Notes: generated by a model from the letters alone, not told the origin. A stretch of DNA of 64,000 nt from Tubulanus polymorphus (GCF_964204645.1 NC_134035.1:12866451-12930450), one strand, 5' to 3'. Shown: positions 37,894-49,642, numbered from the stretch's first letter. Made by a program: numbers and translations.

Positions 37894-39569
37894 TAGTGAA
37901 ACACCAACTGAAAATGAGTAGATAATTCACTGAATTAATAAAAATTGAAAAAAACTACAAGAAAAAAGGTAAAGAAAGTATGAGAAAACGTTCTCAATCA
38001 CATTTCATATTTACTAAGCCTATATCAACTACGAGTAAAAGCTCTTTATGCGTGCACTATATACAGCATGGGCCTTTTATATAACCACTATTTATATCTG
38101 TGTTGTGGACCACGTAATTGTGTCAAAGAGTATTCGGTGATAAAACCTGGACCTTCAGTTATTCCATTCTCATGAAATCACTGGGGTTCGAATATAAACA
38201 GTGATAGTCAAATATAAAATATTTCATTAAATTGATCTTTTAGTTAGTATTGAAATACAAATAAATCATTGTTCTAAAAGGAATATATACAAATAAAATA
38301 GTTTTTAAATATAAAAAATAAAATAGTTTTTAAATATAAACAACAAAAAATAGTTTTTTAGATATATACAAATAAAATAGTTTAAAAAGATACTTTGAGA
38401 TAAAATACATACAAATGAAATAGTATAAAATTCAGATAAAATAGTTTTTAGATATCATAGGTATTTTAAAATTCAGATATAAAATAGTTTCTTTAATAGA
38501 TTAAAATTCACATAAAATAGTTTTTAGATATCACAGGTGTTTTAAAATTCAGATATAAAATAGTTTCTTCAATCTTTTTAAAATTCAGATAAAATAGTTT
38601 TAAATATTATAGATACTTTAAAATTGAGATAATTTAAAATACTTTCTACAATTGTCTTAAAAATACGGGTAAAATAGTTTTTAGAGTGTTTTCAGAATTA
38701 CTAGTTTAGAAGTATCAATGAAATGTTTGCAGATGAATATTTCATAATTTATACCAATGAAATAGATTTAGATGGATCACCTTGATCAATCATAATATCG
38801 AACCAAAACATCATTGAAAGAATCCAATAATAGCGATAATAATTCACATAAAATATGATTTTGGGAAATATAGGACATATTAGGAAAAATTCAAACTTTT
38901 GGAAAGTTAAGATTAGGAAACTCGTAGTAAATTGGAATTTCAATTGAAATTGGAATTAGGAAATTTGTAGTAAATTGGAATTTCAGCACTGAAGGACTCA
39001 AAATTTAGGAACTTTGTTCTATCTTGGAACGAGAGAAACTGGAACCACAAAAATACAACAAACTGTTCAACATGTGCAGTATGACCGGGTCTCAGTCAGT
39101 AGAAATCTATTGATGATGCTGGTTTTAGTTTGGATTTTGTGACCTCTTCACAACAATAATTGCAAAATGGCTGAGAAACTACAAATAGCCTCTTTTCATG
39201 TAATCAATTAGTAGGTTATATCACATACTTTGATACAACTTATGCCGTTTTTGGGGACGAAGGAAGCACCTGAGAACCTGATCAGATTAACAACCATATG
39301 AATGATTGACCTCTTGAAAACAACTTCAGCGTAGATTTCTTAAATCTATTGATAATTCACTCTCAACAGCCATTTATCTGACGTGTGTTTTATGCATTGC
39401 TCGCCTACATGGAAACAATTCCACGCTCTATCAACCATATTTCAATTGCTAAACGCAATTCCTGCAATTTAGACCCCAATCAAGGACCAGGAGTTACTTT
39501 ATCAGAGCGGTGTCTATTACTGAGTTGATCGATTGTTATGAACTTAAAAATTTTCCTTTTAGACCATCT

Positions 39570-39790
39570 CCTCTATCATATCTCTCTAAACTCCTCTATC
39601 ATATCTCCATAAACTCCTCTCTCATATTCCCTGAACCTCCTCTCTCATATTCCCTGAACCTCCTCTCTCATAACTCCCTGAACCTCCTCTCTCATATTCC
39701 CTGAACCTCCTCTCTCATACCTCCCTGAACCTCCTCTCTCATATTCCCTGAACCTCCTCTCTCATACCTCCCTGAACCTCCTCTCTCATA
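39570..39790. repeat. 23-24-bp CT-rich minisatellite
   Basis: Unit ccctgaacctcctctctcatatt. Confidence 0.88.
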
Positions 39791-40554
39791 TGCCTTATTG
39801 ATTTCAACAAGAGATTAATTAAGACTAATTATTAACAAGAATTTTGAACTCAACCCTTGATCCTGGTGATCGTTAGAATCAGTAGAGATCAATATCAATC
39901 AATAAAACCCGATCACTGATGTGATAACAACGAATTTTCCAATCCAAGATCTTTATTTTATACTTTCTTTATCAGAGATTCTTAATCATTGCATTTTTGC
40001 AGATCTTAGCATTTTTCTATTATATCCTATGTTCAATTATGAACTCATGCATTCATGCATTGATCACCGATCCAGATGGTGATGGTTTCACACCTTAGAA
40101 ATGTAATGAAATTGATTACCGTAGTCTTTGCTGTGGTTTCCTTTCTTGCGCAATTTTTAATCCGGGCAATCTCACGTATATAAATATATATCCCTTTTCC
40201 TTATGAGTAAACATTTTAAATCCCTCCGATCACATGTGAAGGATTTCCCTCCGTTGTTGAGCATTAAATATTAACATTTCAATCATTCAAGATTTCACGT
40301 CATATTAAATTAATCTTTAATTCTGTAATTAGAAAAACAAATATGTTAATAACGATATAATGGTTTAGCACTTGACGTATAGACGTCACAGTATTTGGGG
40401 GAGGGGGCAACATGGAACATTGAACAATCTGTTTCAATGAAATTTCCTAAGGAATCGCATTATGTGAAACACAGCTGTTCCATCTCCATGTTATTTTCAG
40501 CTTCATAAGGAAACGCATTATGTGTGAAACATAGCTATTCCTTCTCCATGTTTC

Positions 40555-41240
40555 GATAAAGTTCGATAAAGAATCACATCACAGTTCCTTTTGATTTGAA
40601 AAATCTACATTTTTCAAACTCCATAGGACTTATTGTAGGAATTTATTCCCTGCATATCCCGAAAGACATTTGAAAAGGCTGACCATGGCATTAGAATTGA
40701 TGACTCCTAAGAAGGCTACTGCCACAATTAGGTGGCATGGATGGCTACTGCTGCAAAGTAGTGGCAAGGATGGTAAATGCTTCAGCATCATGAGAAGCAA
40801 AATCAACCTTAATGATTAAGGTATTGTAATGGAAGTAGTTCGATAAAGAATCACATTATGTGAATCATAGCTGTTCCTTTTGATTTGAAAAATCCACTTT
40901 TTTCAAACTCCATAGGAGTTATTGTAGGAATTGATTCCCTGCATATCCCGAAAAAGATTTACAACGGCTGACCATAGAATTAGAATTGATGACTCCTAAG
41001 AAGGCTACTGCCACAATCAGGTGGTATGGATGGTTACTGCTGCAAAGTAGTGGCAAGGATGGTTTATATCCCGAAAGACATTTGAAAAGGTCGACCATGG
41101 TATTAGAATTGATGACTCCTAAGAAGGCTACTGCCACAATCAGGTGGTATGGATGGCTACTGCTGCAAAGTAGCGGCAAGATGGTTAATGCTTCAGCGTT
41201 GTGAGAAGCACAATGAACCTTAGTTAATAAGGTATGGTAA
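40555..41240. repeat. Diverged tandem duplications (~280-bp and ~120-bp modules)
   Basis: tagaattgatgactcctaagaaggctactgccacaat recurs at ~40692, 40981 and 41104. Confidence 0.85.
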
Positions 41241-41688
41241 GAGTTAATGCAAAAATGGGGGAAAATAGAGTGGAACACAGTGGGACGTACAGTCAAAAAA
41301 AAATAAATAAATGATTTAAAAAGTAAATGAATGGGATGATGGACAAATATTTCTTTTTGTCCAAAAAGTAAATAAAGGGATGAAATGATAATGAATTTTT
41401 TTATTATTTTTAAATTTTTTAAATTTTTTTGGAGAAACCGTAAAACCTCCATAAAAGCAATGATTATATGCAATGATGTCTGGTTTTTTATTTTTATATT
41501 TTTTTTCTAAAAGCAAGGAGGACTGCACGCCCACTGGTTCAAGGAGTGTTGACAGATATTTGACACTGCGCGAACTGCAGATCGACGAAGGAGTAAGGAA
41601 AGCGGAGTTTCAAGAAGTGCCGATCTGCAGACGTGCGTGGGCTGATGTTGTTGCCCGGGTGATGGCGAGTGAAGGGGCTGATATTATA

Positions 41689-42551
41689 CTATTGTGTTCG
41701 CCGACGTTTTACTAATTGATATTTTCCTTTAAAGGCCCCTTCAACATCGCGGAGCATTCTTATTGGATCTTTATACTCGATGTTTCTTGACCAACCAGGG
41801 CCGCGCGCGATGAGCTCAACAGCGGGGGAAGGTGGTGGCCCCGCTGGAGCGCCCGATGTCGATGCCTGGGCGGGCGTATTATTGTTTTCATAATCATCAT
41901 CATCACTTTCTTCATCTTCAAGTCTTCTTTTTCTATTTCTTGTATTATTTGATCTAGTTGTCGGAGTTGTAGTAGTACTAGTCGCAGTTGAAGTAGGTGG
42001 TCGTGGTCGTCTTTTCTTAGTAGTGGTAGTAGTGGTAGTAGTAGTAGAATTAGTAGTAGGTGGTTGTCGTGGTCGTCGTGGTGGTCGTGGTGGAGTATCG
42101 CGAGTTGGTGGTGTTGCGGGCCCTGGTGGTGTTGCTCCAGGAGTGGCGAATTCCTCCTCATCACTGCTCGCCTCCTCAAAATTTGGTTGTCTCGGTGGGG
42201 GAGGACGAGCCGCACGCTTGCCTTTGTTTTTTGGTTTCGGACGCCCCGAACCTATTGAGTAATTTATTTCTTGTGTCTTTCGACGGGGCGACCGACGCAG
42301 TGAAGGCGTCTGAAGCTGTGGCGCCTCTGTCGGGGTCACCACTGCAGGGGCGACCTCCTGCTCCACATTTACGGGAGAAGCAGGGTCCACCTCCTGCAAA
42401 GGAACCAACTCAAATGGTGGAATGATTTCTGGAGTTGGTTCCTTAGGCCCGCAGAGAGATACACACCTTGTATGAATGTCTTTAAATCCTTGAAGTGCTC
42501 TGCGGGCTGCTTCAGACTGGTCGTGGTTAAGAGAGTCTATGATGTCTAAAT
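41689..42551 (-). CDS. Terminal coding exon (~287 codons) of an unknown Pro/Thr-rich, basic/acidic disordered protein
   Basis: Strong acceptor tttttttttttcattccag| at 42552 opens a frame (DLDIIDSLNHDQSEAARRALQGFK...) continuous with ORF 41689-42408. It is a GC-rich island in AT-rich DNA with NLS-like clusters (RRSPRRK, KKRRPR, RNRKRR). Confidence 0.55.
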
Positions 42552-43417
42552 CTGGAATGAAAAAAAAAAAACATTAAGGATCATGCATATAACACATAAA
42601 TGACATGTTCGCATATAATTATCATATTTGTAAATAGTTACCAATAAAATAATGGATGTGATGTGATGGAAATAACGAAGAAAATTGGGTAAGAAGGGTC
42701 ATTTGAAGGTTTGGAAGCGATCGTAAGCTTATTTTGCGAGAAGTGATCATGTCACTGGTTGTACGCTACGGTTGTACAACTAACTCTGTTGTAACTACAC
42801 TTTTAACCGCTTTCATGATTTGCCTCATCCATTACATAATAACGATAAGTCGACAGTATATCATCAGTGAGGCTGATGATTGAATCTTTCAATACACATT
42901 TTATAAAGGTATTTTTATGTCTTATATACTTATGTATTACAGAACCAACCCCGTCGGTGGATTGGTACTTTGCTAGTTGCTGGCGACTAACACTTTTGTT
43001 AATTCATTACTGGAACTACTGATTGTAAACTACTGTTACATCTTACAATTACCTTGACAATCAATTTTGGGTTGCAAATCATGAATAAAGAAACACTAGA
43101 TTTTTTGTCCGGAGGTGAAGACGTACCAGGCTCCAGCTGACAAAAACTATACATCATTATGAATAATCAATGGAATTGCAAACCCATGACCCTTGTTTCA
43201 AAATCATTTTTTGGAATGAAAGTCTATCTGAGAACCTGCTTGAAATAACACGCATGATAACTTTCATTTATCAACCGATTGACACAGAGACTTTGCAACG
43301 ATAAAAGGTCTAATTGAAAACAAATGAAGCTCTGTATCAACAAAACATTCATCAATAATTCTTTTTATACAGTAATTTATTTTCATTTGGATGAGTGAAA
43401 AATGTGTCCACACTTTA

Positions 43418-43637
43418 GGCTTAACAAAAATGATACCTTGTTTCTCCGCAGCGGCCGGGTCATTTTTGAAAAATATGATAAAATTTATAAACAGTTCATT
43501 TCTATACCGGCCGGGTCTGTTATGGTGAAACTGATCACGATTTTTAAAAAAGTAATGTTTTGGGTAGATAGGCAGCCGGCCGGGTCAACATTTAAGCTCA
43601 GCAGAGCGGAGAAACAAGGTATCAATTTTTTTTTGCC
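43418..43637. mobile_element. PIF/Harbinger-like MITE, TTA TSD
   Basis: TIR ggcttaacaaaaatgataccttgtttctccgc ... gcggagaaacaaggtatcaattttttttgcc, with tta on both sides; a sister copy lies at 61420-61640. Confidence 0.88.
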
Positions 43638-44036
43638 TTAAGTGCAGAAATTTATTCTATTTTGTAGAACACTTTTTGATTGCATACAGGGCCACAGTAA
43701 GAGGAAGAATTTGCATTTTATTTCCTCTGAACATGAGGCAAGCGTATACATATATTTTCTTCTGAATTTTCTCAAAAATGAAGACAAAATTTTGACTGAT
43801 TTGTGGATATTTTATTGTTTAAACTATTTACAGCATGAATTATAACAGAAAAATGACACAAATCATTACACTTCACTGAATCTAAAACCAGTAAAAGCCA
43901 TTTCACAAAACACTGCCCACTACTGCACCTTCAGAAACAACACTCACTACAAATAAAAAAACATTCATTTTGAAAAACAATATTTAACCATCAACACAAA
44001 TGGCTGTAATTCATTATTCCCAATAGAATATTCATT

Positions 44037-44698
44037 AGGCGCGATCACACGACGAAATTTAGACCGGTCTAAATTTGGTCCGGTCCAATTTAGACCGGAC
44101 CAAGCGTTCTAGAAGAGCGAACCAGGTCCGGACCAAATTTTGGACCGGTCTAAATACGCGTGTGTGGACAGAAACTGGTACCAGGTCCGGTCTAAATCGT
44201 AATTCTGAATCTCTGCGGTAGATGTCGCCACCTCTGCGGCAGAGTGTGAGTCCAGTTTATTAAGTTTTAAATGCTTTCATTACCGTTTATGTAATTATTT
44301 TTAAGTACTGTTTTTACTCCCTATTCAATGGAAACTTTTGGAGCGTAATTCGTATTCGTATATCGCGATCATCATCCGTTTTATTGCATTGCTTTAAACC
44401 GTGTTTAAACGACACTTAGAGTTTCAGCATGATAATGTATAAACCTGACAAGAGGATCGAATTGGTCAAATGAAGAATGCCTTGCTCTACTTGGAATCTG
44501 AAAGCAAGACTTCATCCAGGCGTAATTAATCATTTAGCGGATGGCGACATCTTGTGGGCCCGGTGACAAGCGATTTTTTTCACCGTGTGTCATAACGCCG
44601 TGTGAACGCTCACCAAAATTTGGTCCGGTCTAAATTTGGACAGGACCGGGTACGGACCCATTTAGACCGATCTAACTAGTTGTCGTGTAAACGCGGCT
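44037..44698. mobile_element. Harbinger-like non-autonomous element with 3-bp TSD (att)
   Basis: Ends aggcgcgatcacacgac ... gtcgtgtaaacgcggct, with subterminal tagaccggtcta/ggtccggtcc repeats at both ends; att at 44034-44036 and 44699-44701. Confidence 0.8.
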
Positions 44699-45294
44699 AT
44701 TGTCAGCAATAGGCCTATCGGTACATCACATATTCATTACATAACTTACCTAGAATGTATAATTCATCTTACAGCAGCCATTGATTTATTCAGAACAACA
44801 AAATTCCATGCACAACTGGTATTCATCACACGGTAGACTCTTCCTAAACCGCTACGCTTCCCTTTTATACCGAATTAGGCAGTTACCGGTTTGAAGAATT
44901 GCAAAAAAAATCAATGGATGAAAAAAATTATTGAGCTGAACGGCGGTCAAAATTATCAATTTCTTTGTATTTTATAACATCTGACCGTGTAGCGAATGGC
45001 CACGATTCCTTCTATAATACACCAGACACAAGTCGTTCAATAGACTGGACATTTCACGTTTCTTTATCCCGCAACATTTTCCTGTTTCGGTTCACTTGTG
45101 ATGCCCTTGCATAATGGAAACTAAGACCAGTTTAAGTTACAGTAATAGAACATAAGGCCTCAACCTCTAACACAGATAGAAGATTGATAAGTAAATGTAT
45201 TCTATATTGTAAGTGAACAGCCATTACAGTTTACCTGTTTAGGCAGAGAATAAACGGAAATGAAGTGAACATTTACGGGATACGGGAAGCGTTT

Positions 45295-45560
45295 GGAGAA
45301 ACCAGGTCGTCGTGGATTCGAACCCCGTACATCACCGTGTCCCCAGCAAGACACTTATCTTCATTGCCTCTCTGCACCCAGGAGTAAATAAATACCTGGA
45401 TCGACAGATGACCCCTGAGCGCCTAGCAGCTGCTCGGATGTTGCTTCTCCCCAGGAGGCTATTAAATGGCTGGGGCAATAAAACCGAAAATGTAAAGCTC
45501 TCTGAGCAGCTGCTGGATTTAGCACTAGATGCATGATATTATAATTATCATTATCATCGA
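45295..45560 (+). mobile_element. tRNA-derived SINE, degenerate
   Basis: B-box ggattcgaaccc, a gtgtccccagcaagacactta segment, central cattgcctctctgcacccagg and an (att)n-like tail; same layout as the SINE at 53801. Confidence 0.7.
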
Positions 45561-46356
45561 ATAGAGCAATATACCAGAAAAGGCGAAATATATGTATTGA
45601 AAAACAACGTTTCATCTTTATTCCAACGAATTGGACAGATTATACCAGATATAGACCGTCTACCAGTTTAAGTGGAGTCTACAGTATCATTAAGGGCAAA
45701 AAATCCAGTAAAATCCGAGACATTTGAATATATTTTTCTAAAATGGATTTTTACCGAATTTTACTCCAAAAATTGTGATGTTTCCTTCGAGGACTGTACA
45801 TTTCCCTATAGTTTTTCCTAAGTCTAATTCATTTTCATTTCACGACAAACAGAAAAACAACACAAATAATTTCATTCAAATTTCTTCTGTATTTTCATCA
45901 TCAAACAAATACTTCGGCTCTTACTTTCAGAAACAACCACCAGGGTCCAGTTTCACGAAAAAGTTTAAGTCTAAAAACGCTTAAGTCTGAATTGTTGTCC
46001 TAATTGAAAACATGAAGTAACCAATGGCAATTACACCAAAAATTTTAGGTTAACTTTTTCGTGAAACCTGGCCCAGGGGTAAGATCCATTTCACAGGACA
46101 CTGTCCCCTGCTGTACCTTCAGAAATAACCAACAGGGGGAAAAACCATTTCACACAACACTGCCCGCTGCTGCAACTTCTTACATTTAAATCCATTCACT
46201 ACAAATTATAATAAAACTTTTATTGATAAAAAATTAAACATCAGCGAACAATAAACAATATTTAGAATTTAGGCTTATTTCACATGTGTTCATTAAGTAT
46301 TTAAAATAAGTCACTACTTACCCCTCAAATAGAGAATTCTTCAGTGGAGTAATTCA

Positions 46357-48779
46357 CTATAAATACAGCTGCAGCCGTTTACAGAAAAAACAATATGAAA
46401 TGTCGCTGTCGAACTTGTAGGGTGTAAAACGGGATAGACGTAGATAAATGTCAGGCCTTGACAACAGTAGAGGAAATACTTTTTTATGGCCTTTAGAAAA
46501 TAAGAGAATTCAGAAAATAAAACATTAAGTTAAAGGGTAGGCCTATCTGATGAACTGCTAGAGGAAATTTGATAAAATCTGGTCTCAGAACGAAATTCGG
46601 TTCCTGACTAAACTATCAACTAAACCGCAGTCCAGTTATTGACTAAAATATGGACTAAACCGTAGTCCAGTTATTGACTAAAATATGGACTAAACCGCAG
46701 TCCAGTTATTGACTAAAATATGGACTAAACCGTAGTCCAGTTATTGACTAAAATATGGACTAAACGGTAGACCAGTTATTGACTAAAATATGGACTTAAC
46801 CGTAGTCCAGTTATTGACTAAAATATGGACTTAACCGTAGTCCAGTTATTGACTAAAATATGGACTAAACCGTAGTCCAGTTATTGACTAAAATATGGAC
46901 TACACCGCAGTCCAGTTATTGACTAAAATATGGAATAAACCGTAGTCCAGTTATTGACTAAAATATGGACTTAACCGTAGTCCAGTTATTGACTAAAATA
47001 TGGACTACACCGCAGTCCAGTTATTGACTAAAATATGGTCTAAACGGTAGTCCAGTTATTGACTAAAATATGGACTACACCGCAGTCCAGTTATTGACTA
47101 AAATATGGTCTAAGCGGTAGTCCAGTTATTGACTAAAAAATGGACTTAACCGTAGTCCAGTTATTGACTAAAATATGGACTACACCGCAGTCCAGTTATT
47201 GACTAAAATATGGACTAAACGGTACACCAGTTATTGACTAAAATATGGACTAAACCGTAGTCCAGTTATTGACTAAAATATGGACTAAACCGTAGTCCAG
47301 TTATTGACTAAAATATGGACTAAACCATAGTCCAGTTATTGACTAAAATATGGACTAAACCGTAGTCCAGTTATTGACTAAAATATGGACTTAACCGTAG
47401 TCCAGTTATTGATTAAACGAAGTGGCTACTCGTAGGGACCCGTACGAATAATTCCGTAGGCTATTCGTACGCACCCATCGGATAACTCTGGAATTATGTG
47501 TACGGGAAGGTATAGGGTTAGGGTAAGGTGAGGCTATATGTAGTTAAAACATTCGACCGACTGTCAGCGAGCTCGGTGGTCCAGTGGTACGATGCTGTGC
47601 TAGTAATTTACTGGCCCGGGTTCGAGTCTCGCTCTATCCGCTATTTTTCTCTAATTCTATTCTCCACACTTTCCTTGAATTTTCTAAGTCGTGCACCTCT
47701 GTACGCATGCGCGGCGTTAATCGGCCAATCAGCGACAGTGTACAGATCCTAGTCCCGTACGAATAGTCTCCAGAGTAATCCGTACGGTCCGTACGAGTAG
47801 CCACAGCGTTGATTAAACTGCAGTCTGCTTCCTGACTAGTCAGTAGCCTGTCTGTGGTTTAGTTTCACGATCGGATATTTTCACAAACCACAGCTCATCC
47901 GATTATAAAAAGCTTACCACCAACGATTTAGGGAACTAACTACTTCCTGACTAATGGACTGAACCGCACAGTCCAGTTACTTGATTTATTAAACATAAAT
48001 CAGGATTTCGTATGAAATGCATTGGTCTGTAGGCCTACACAACTTAAATTATTTATGTTGTAACTTATCTCTATTGACTGGAATATGAATAACATGATGA
48101 ATATTTCACAATTTCGACAATATTTGGAACCGAAACAAGGAAATGAAGTTACTTCCTCAAGTTATTTTTCATCCACCAGAGCCTCCACTCACTATTCAAT
48201 TCAATTCAAACTTTATTCACCATAGATTCGTTAGCAAATTCAATTGAGTTTAAGAGTGGTGACAAAATTGCATCATATGTCAAAATGAAAAATTTATACT
48301 CGAACAATTGAGAAATTTGAAATAGAATAAGAGACTAGAAACATAAAAGGATATGTTCAAAATAAATGTCCTAATTTTATCAGTGTGACATAAATTGAGT
48401 TTTCCAAAATTAAAAAGAGAATTGAAAGAAATTGATATTAGATGATAGATTTTTTAATTAATGAAATTCGAAATAATTGAGATTTAGACAATTTGAGATT
48501 TAGGAAATCAAATAATGCATCAAATAGTGTGAGATAAAATAATTGTGATTGTGAATTTGAGATCAAATAATTTCAGATGTTGGAAATCAAATAATTTGAG
48601 ATGTTTGTCAAAAATGATCGAGAATTTGAGATACTCAAGATGAACTAAATGAGATTGATGAAGTAGAGTTTGTACTTACTCAAATCACAAAACGCGCCGA
48701 GGGATGCCGGATCTAGTGCAAGAACCTCGGCGCGCACCAACTTCAAAAGCCCACAAAAAATGTCTGATTTCGTAGACAT
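46357..48779 (-). CDS. Candidate 77-aa microprotein (coding exons 48779-48680 and 46490-46357)
   Basis: accATG at 48779, donor a|gtaagt at 48680/48679, and acceptor cttattttctaaag|gc at 46491/46490 in matching phase. Product MSTKSDIFCGLLKLVRAEVLALDPASLGAFCDLSHKKVFPLLLSRPDIYLRLSRFTPYKFDSDISYCFFCKRLQLYL. AATAAA (minus) at 46224-46219. Confidence 0.55.
46621..47413. repeat. 35-bp minisatellite, about 22 copies
   Basis: Unit taaaccgtagtccagttattgactaaaatatggac with only point variants. Confidence 0.95.
47418..47808. mobile_element. Mutator-like MITE with 9-bp TSD carrying a tRNA-like segment
   Basis: TIR cgaagtggctactcgta ... tacgagtagccacagcg; ttgattaaa duplicated at 47409-47417 and 47809-47817. 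Confidence 0.85.
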
Positions 48780-48885
48780 GGTCAAAGGAGAGGTAGAAGT
48801 TGAAGTCGTTTGATGTTTAAGTTGACGTTGAAGTTGTATAGTCTTGTTGGTATCAATGTATATCGCCGCGTACTGTTGTCGCTGA

Positions 48886-48916
<31 letters not shown>

Positions 48917-49545
48917 ACTGCAATGTAAAAACAATAATGTTATAAAAATCAAGAAAATCGAAAATTATTGATTCTAAGAAAAAGTTAACTCGAGTTTATA
49001 TTAAATAATAATAATAATTAACATTAAATTATTAGGCATCATTATTTTCTAAATATTAAATATAGAAGCCACAAGAATTAAGTTGAACGACGCTTCGAAT
49101 GAAAGGTTTCTATGGATTCGAGTTACGGTTGAATAGACTGAGCTGTCTGTGTATTACACCTAGGCATGTCAACTAGCCGCTTTAGCGCGTCGATTTGAAC
49201 ACCAGAAAAACAGCTTCCGAAAATTCCATAAATAAATTTGATAAATTTCCATTTCCTCAATAAAATCACAATAACGTCTTCATTATTACGAGAGCGAAAT
49301 TGAAAATCAAATGTTGTAATTTACTTCTAAATATTTAAAACACAATTTGGACAATTTTGAGCAAAATGAACGTCACAATGGAAATGTCATAATGAAACAC
49401 CTATATAATATAATCCGAACTTTCGGAACTTTGGAAATTGTCTCGTATGCGAAACCTAAGGTCTATGTATAAAATTTACAAGTAAGATAAATAGAATAAA
49501 TAAATTTGATCGAAATAAATAAATAAATGAATGACGTTTGCTTAC

Positions 49546-49642
49546 CTGTGAAAATGGCCGAACTGGAAAGAGGGATCAGCTGACCTGAGTTTTTATACTG
49601 ACAGTGTGACGTCACTGATCCTGACCAATGAAAAGTACCAAT
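49546..49642 (-). promoter_or_regulatory. Pol II core promoter and short first exon of the candidate microprotein gene
   Basis: CCAAT at 49625-49629 and 49638-49642; CRE palindrome gtgacgtcac at 49606-49615; TATAAAAA (minus) at 49597-49590; Inr-like CCAGTT at 49566-49561; donor cag|gtaag at 49546/49545. Confidence 0.7.

Noticed and set aside
40919-41473. 184-aa ORF
   Set aside because: It spans an AT-rich tract and internal tandem duplications, and the sister repeat copy is frame-shifted relative to it.
41760-42425. ORFs 41760-42215, 42023-42262, 42060-42425 and 42064-42258
   Set aside because: Alternative-frame or antisense shadows of the low-complexity Pro/Thr exon.
46621-47413. 35-bp array as a CRISPR array
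   Set aside because: The units are contiguous with only point variants; there are no unique spacers, no cas genes, and the context is a eukaryotic intron.
19223-48680. Splicing of the 48680 donor to the acceptors at 42551 or 19223
   Set aside because: Both are phase-compatible, but the nearer acceptor at 46490 has its own stop and polyA signal. The alternatives are not excluded without RNA data.
48700-48724. miR-92-like sequence (ttgcactagatccggc, minus strand)
   Set aside because: The resemblance lies in the loop of the hairpin rather than an arm, and the stem is too short for a pre-miRNA.
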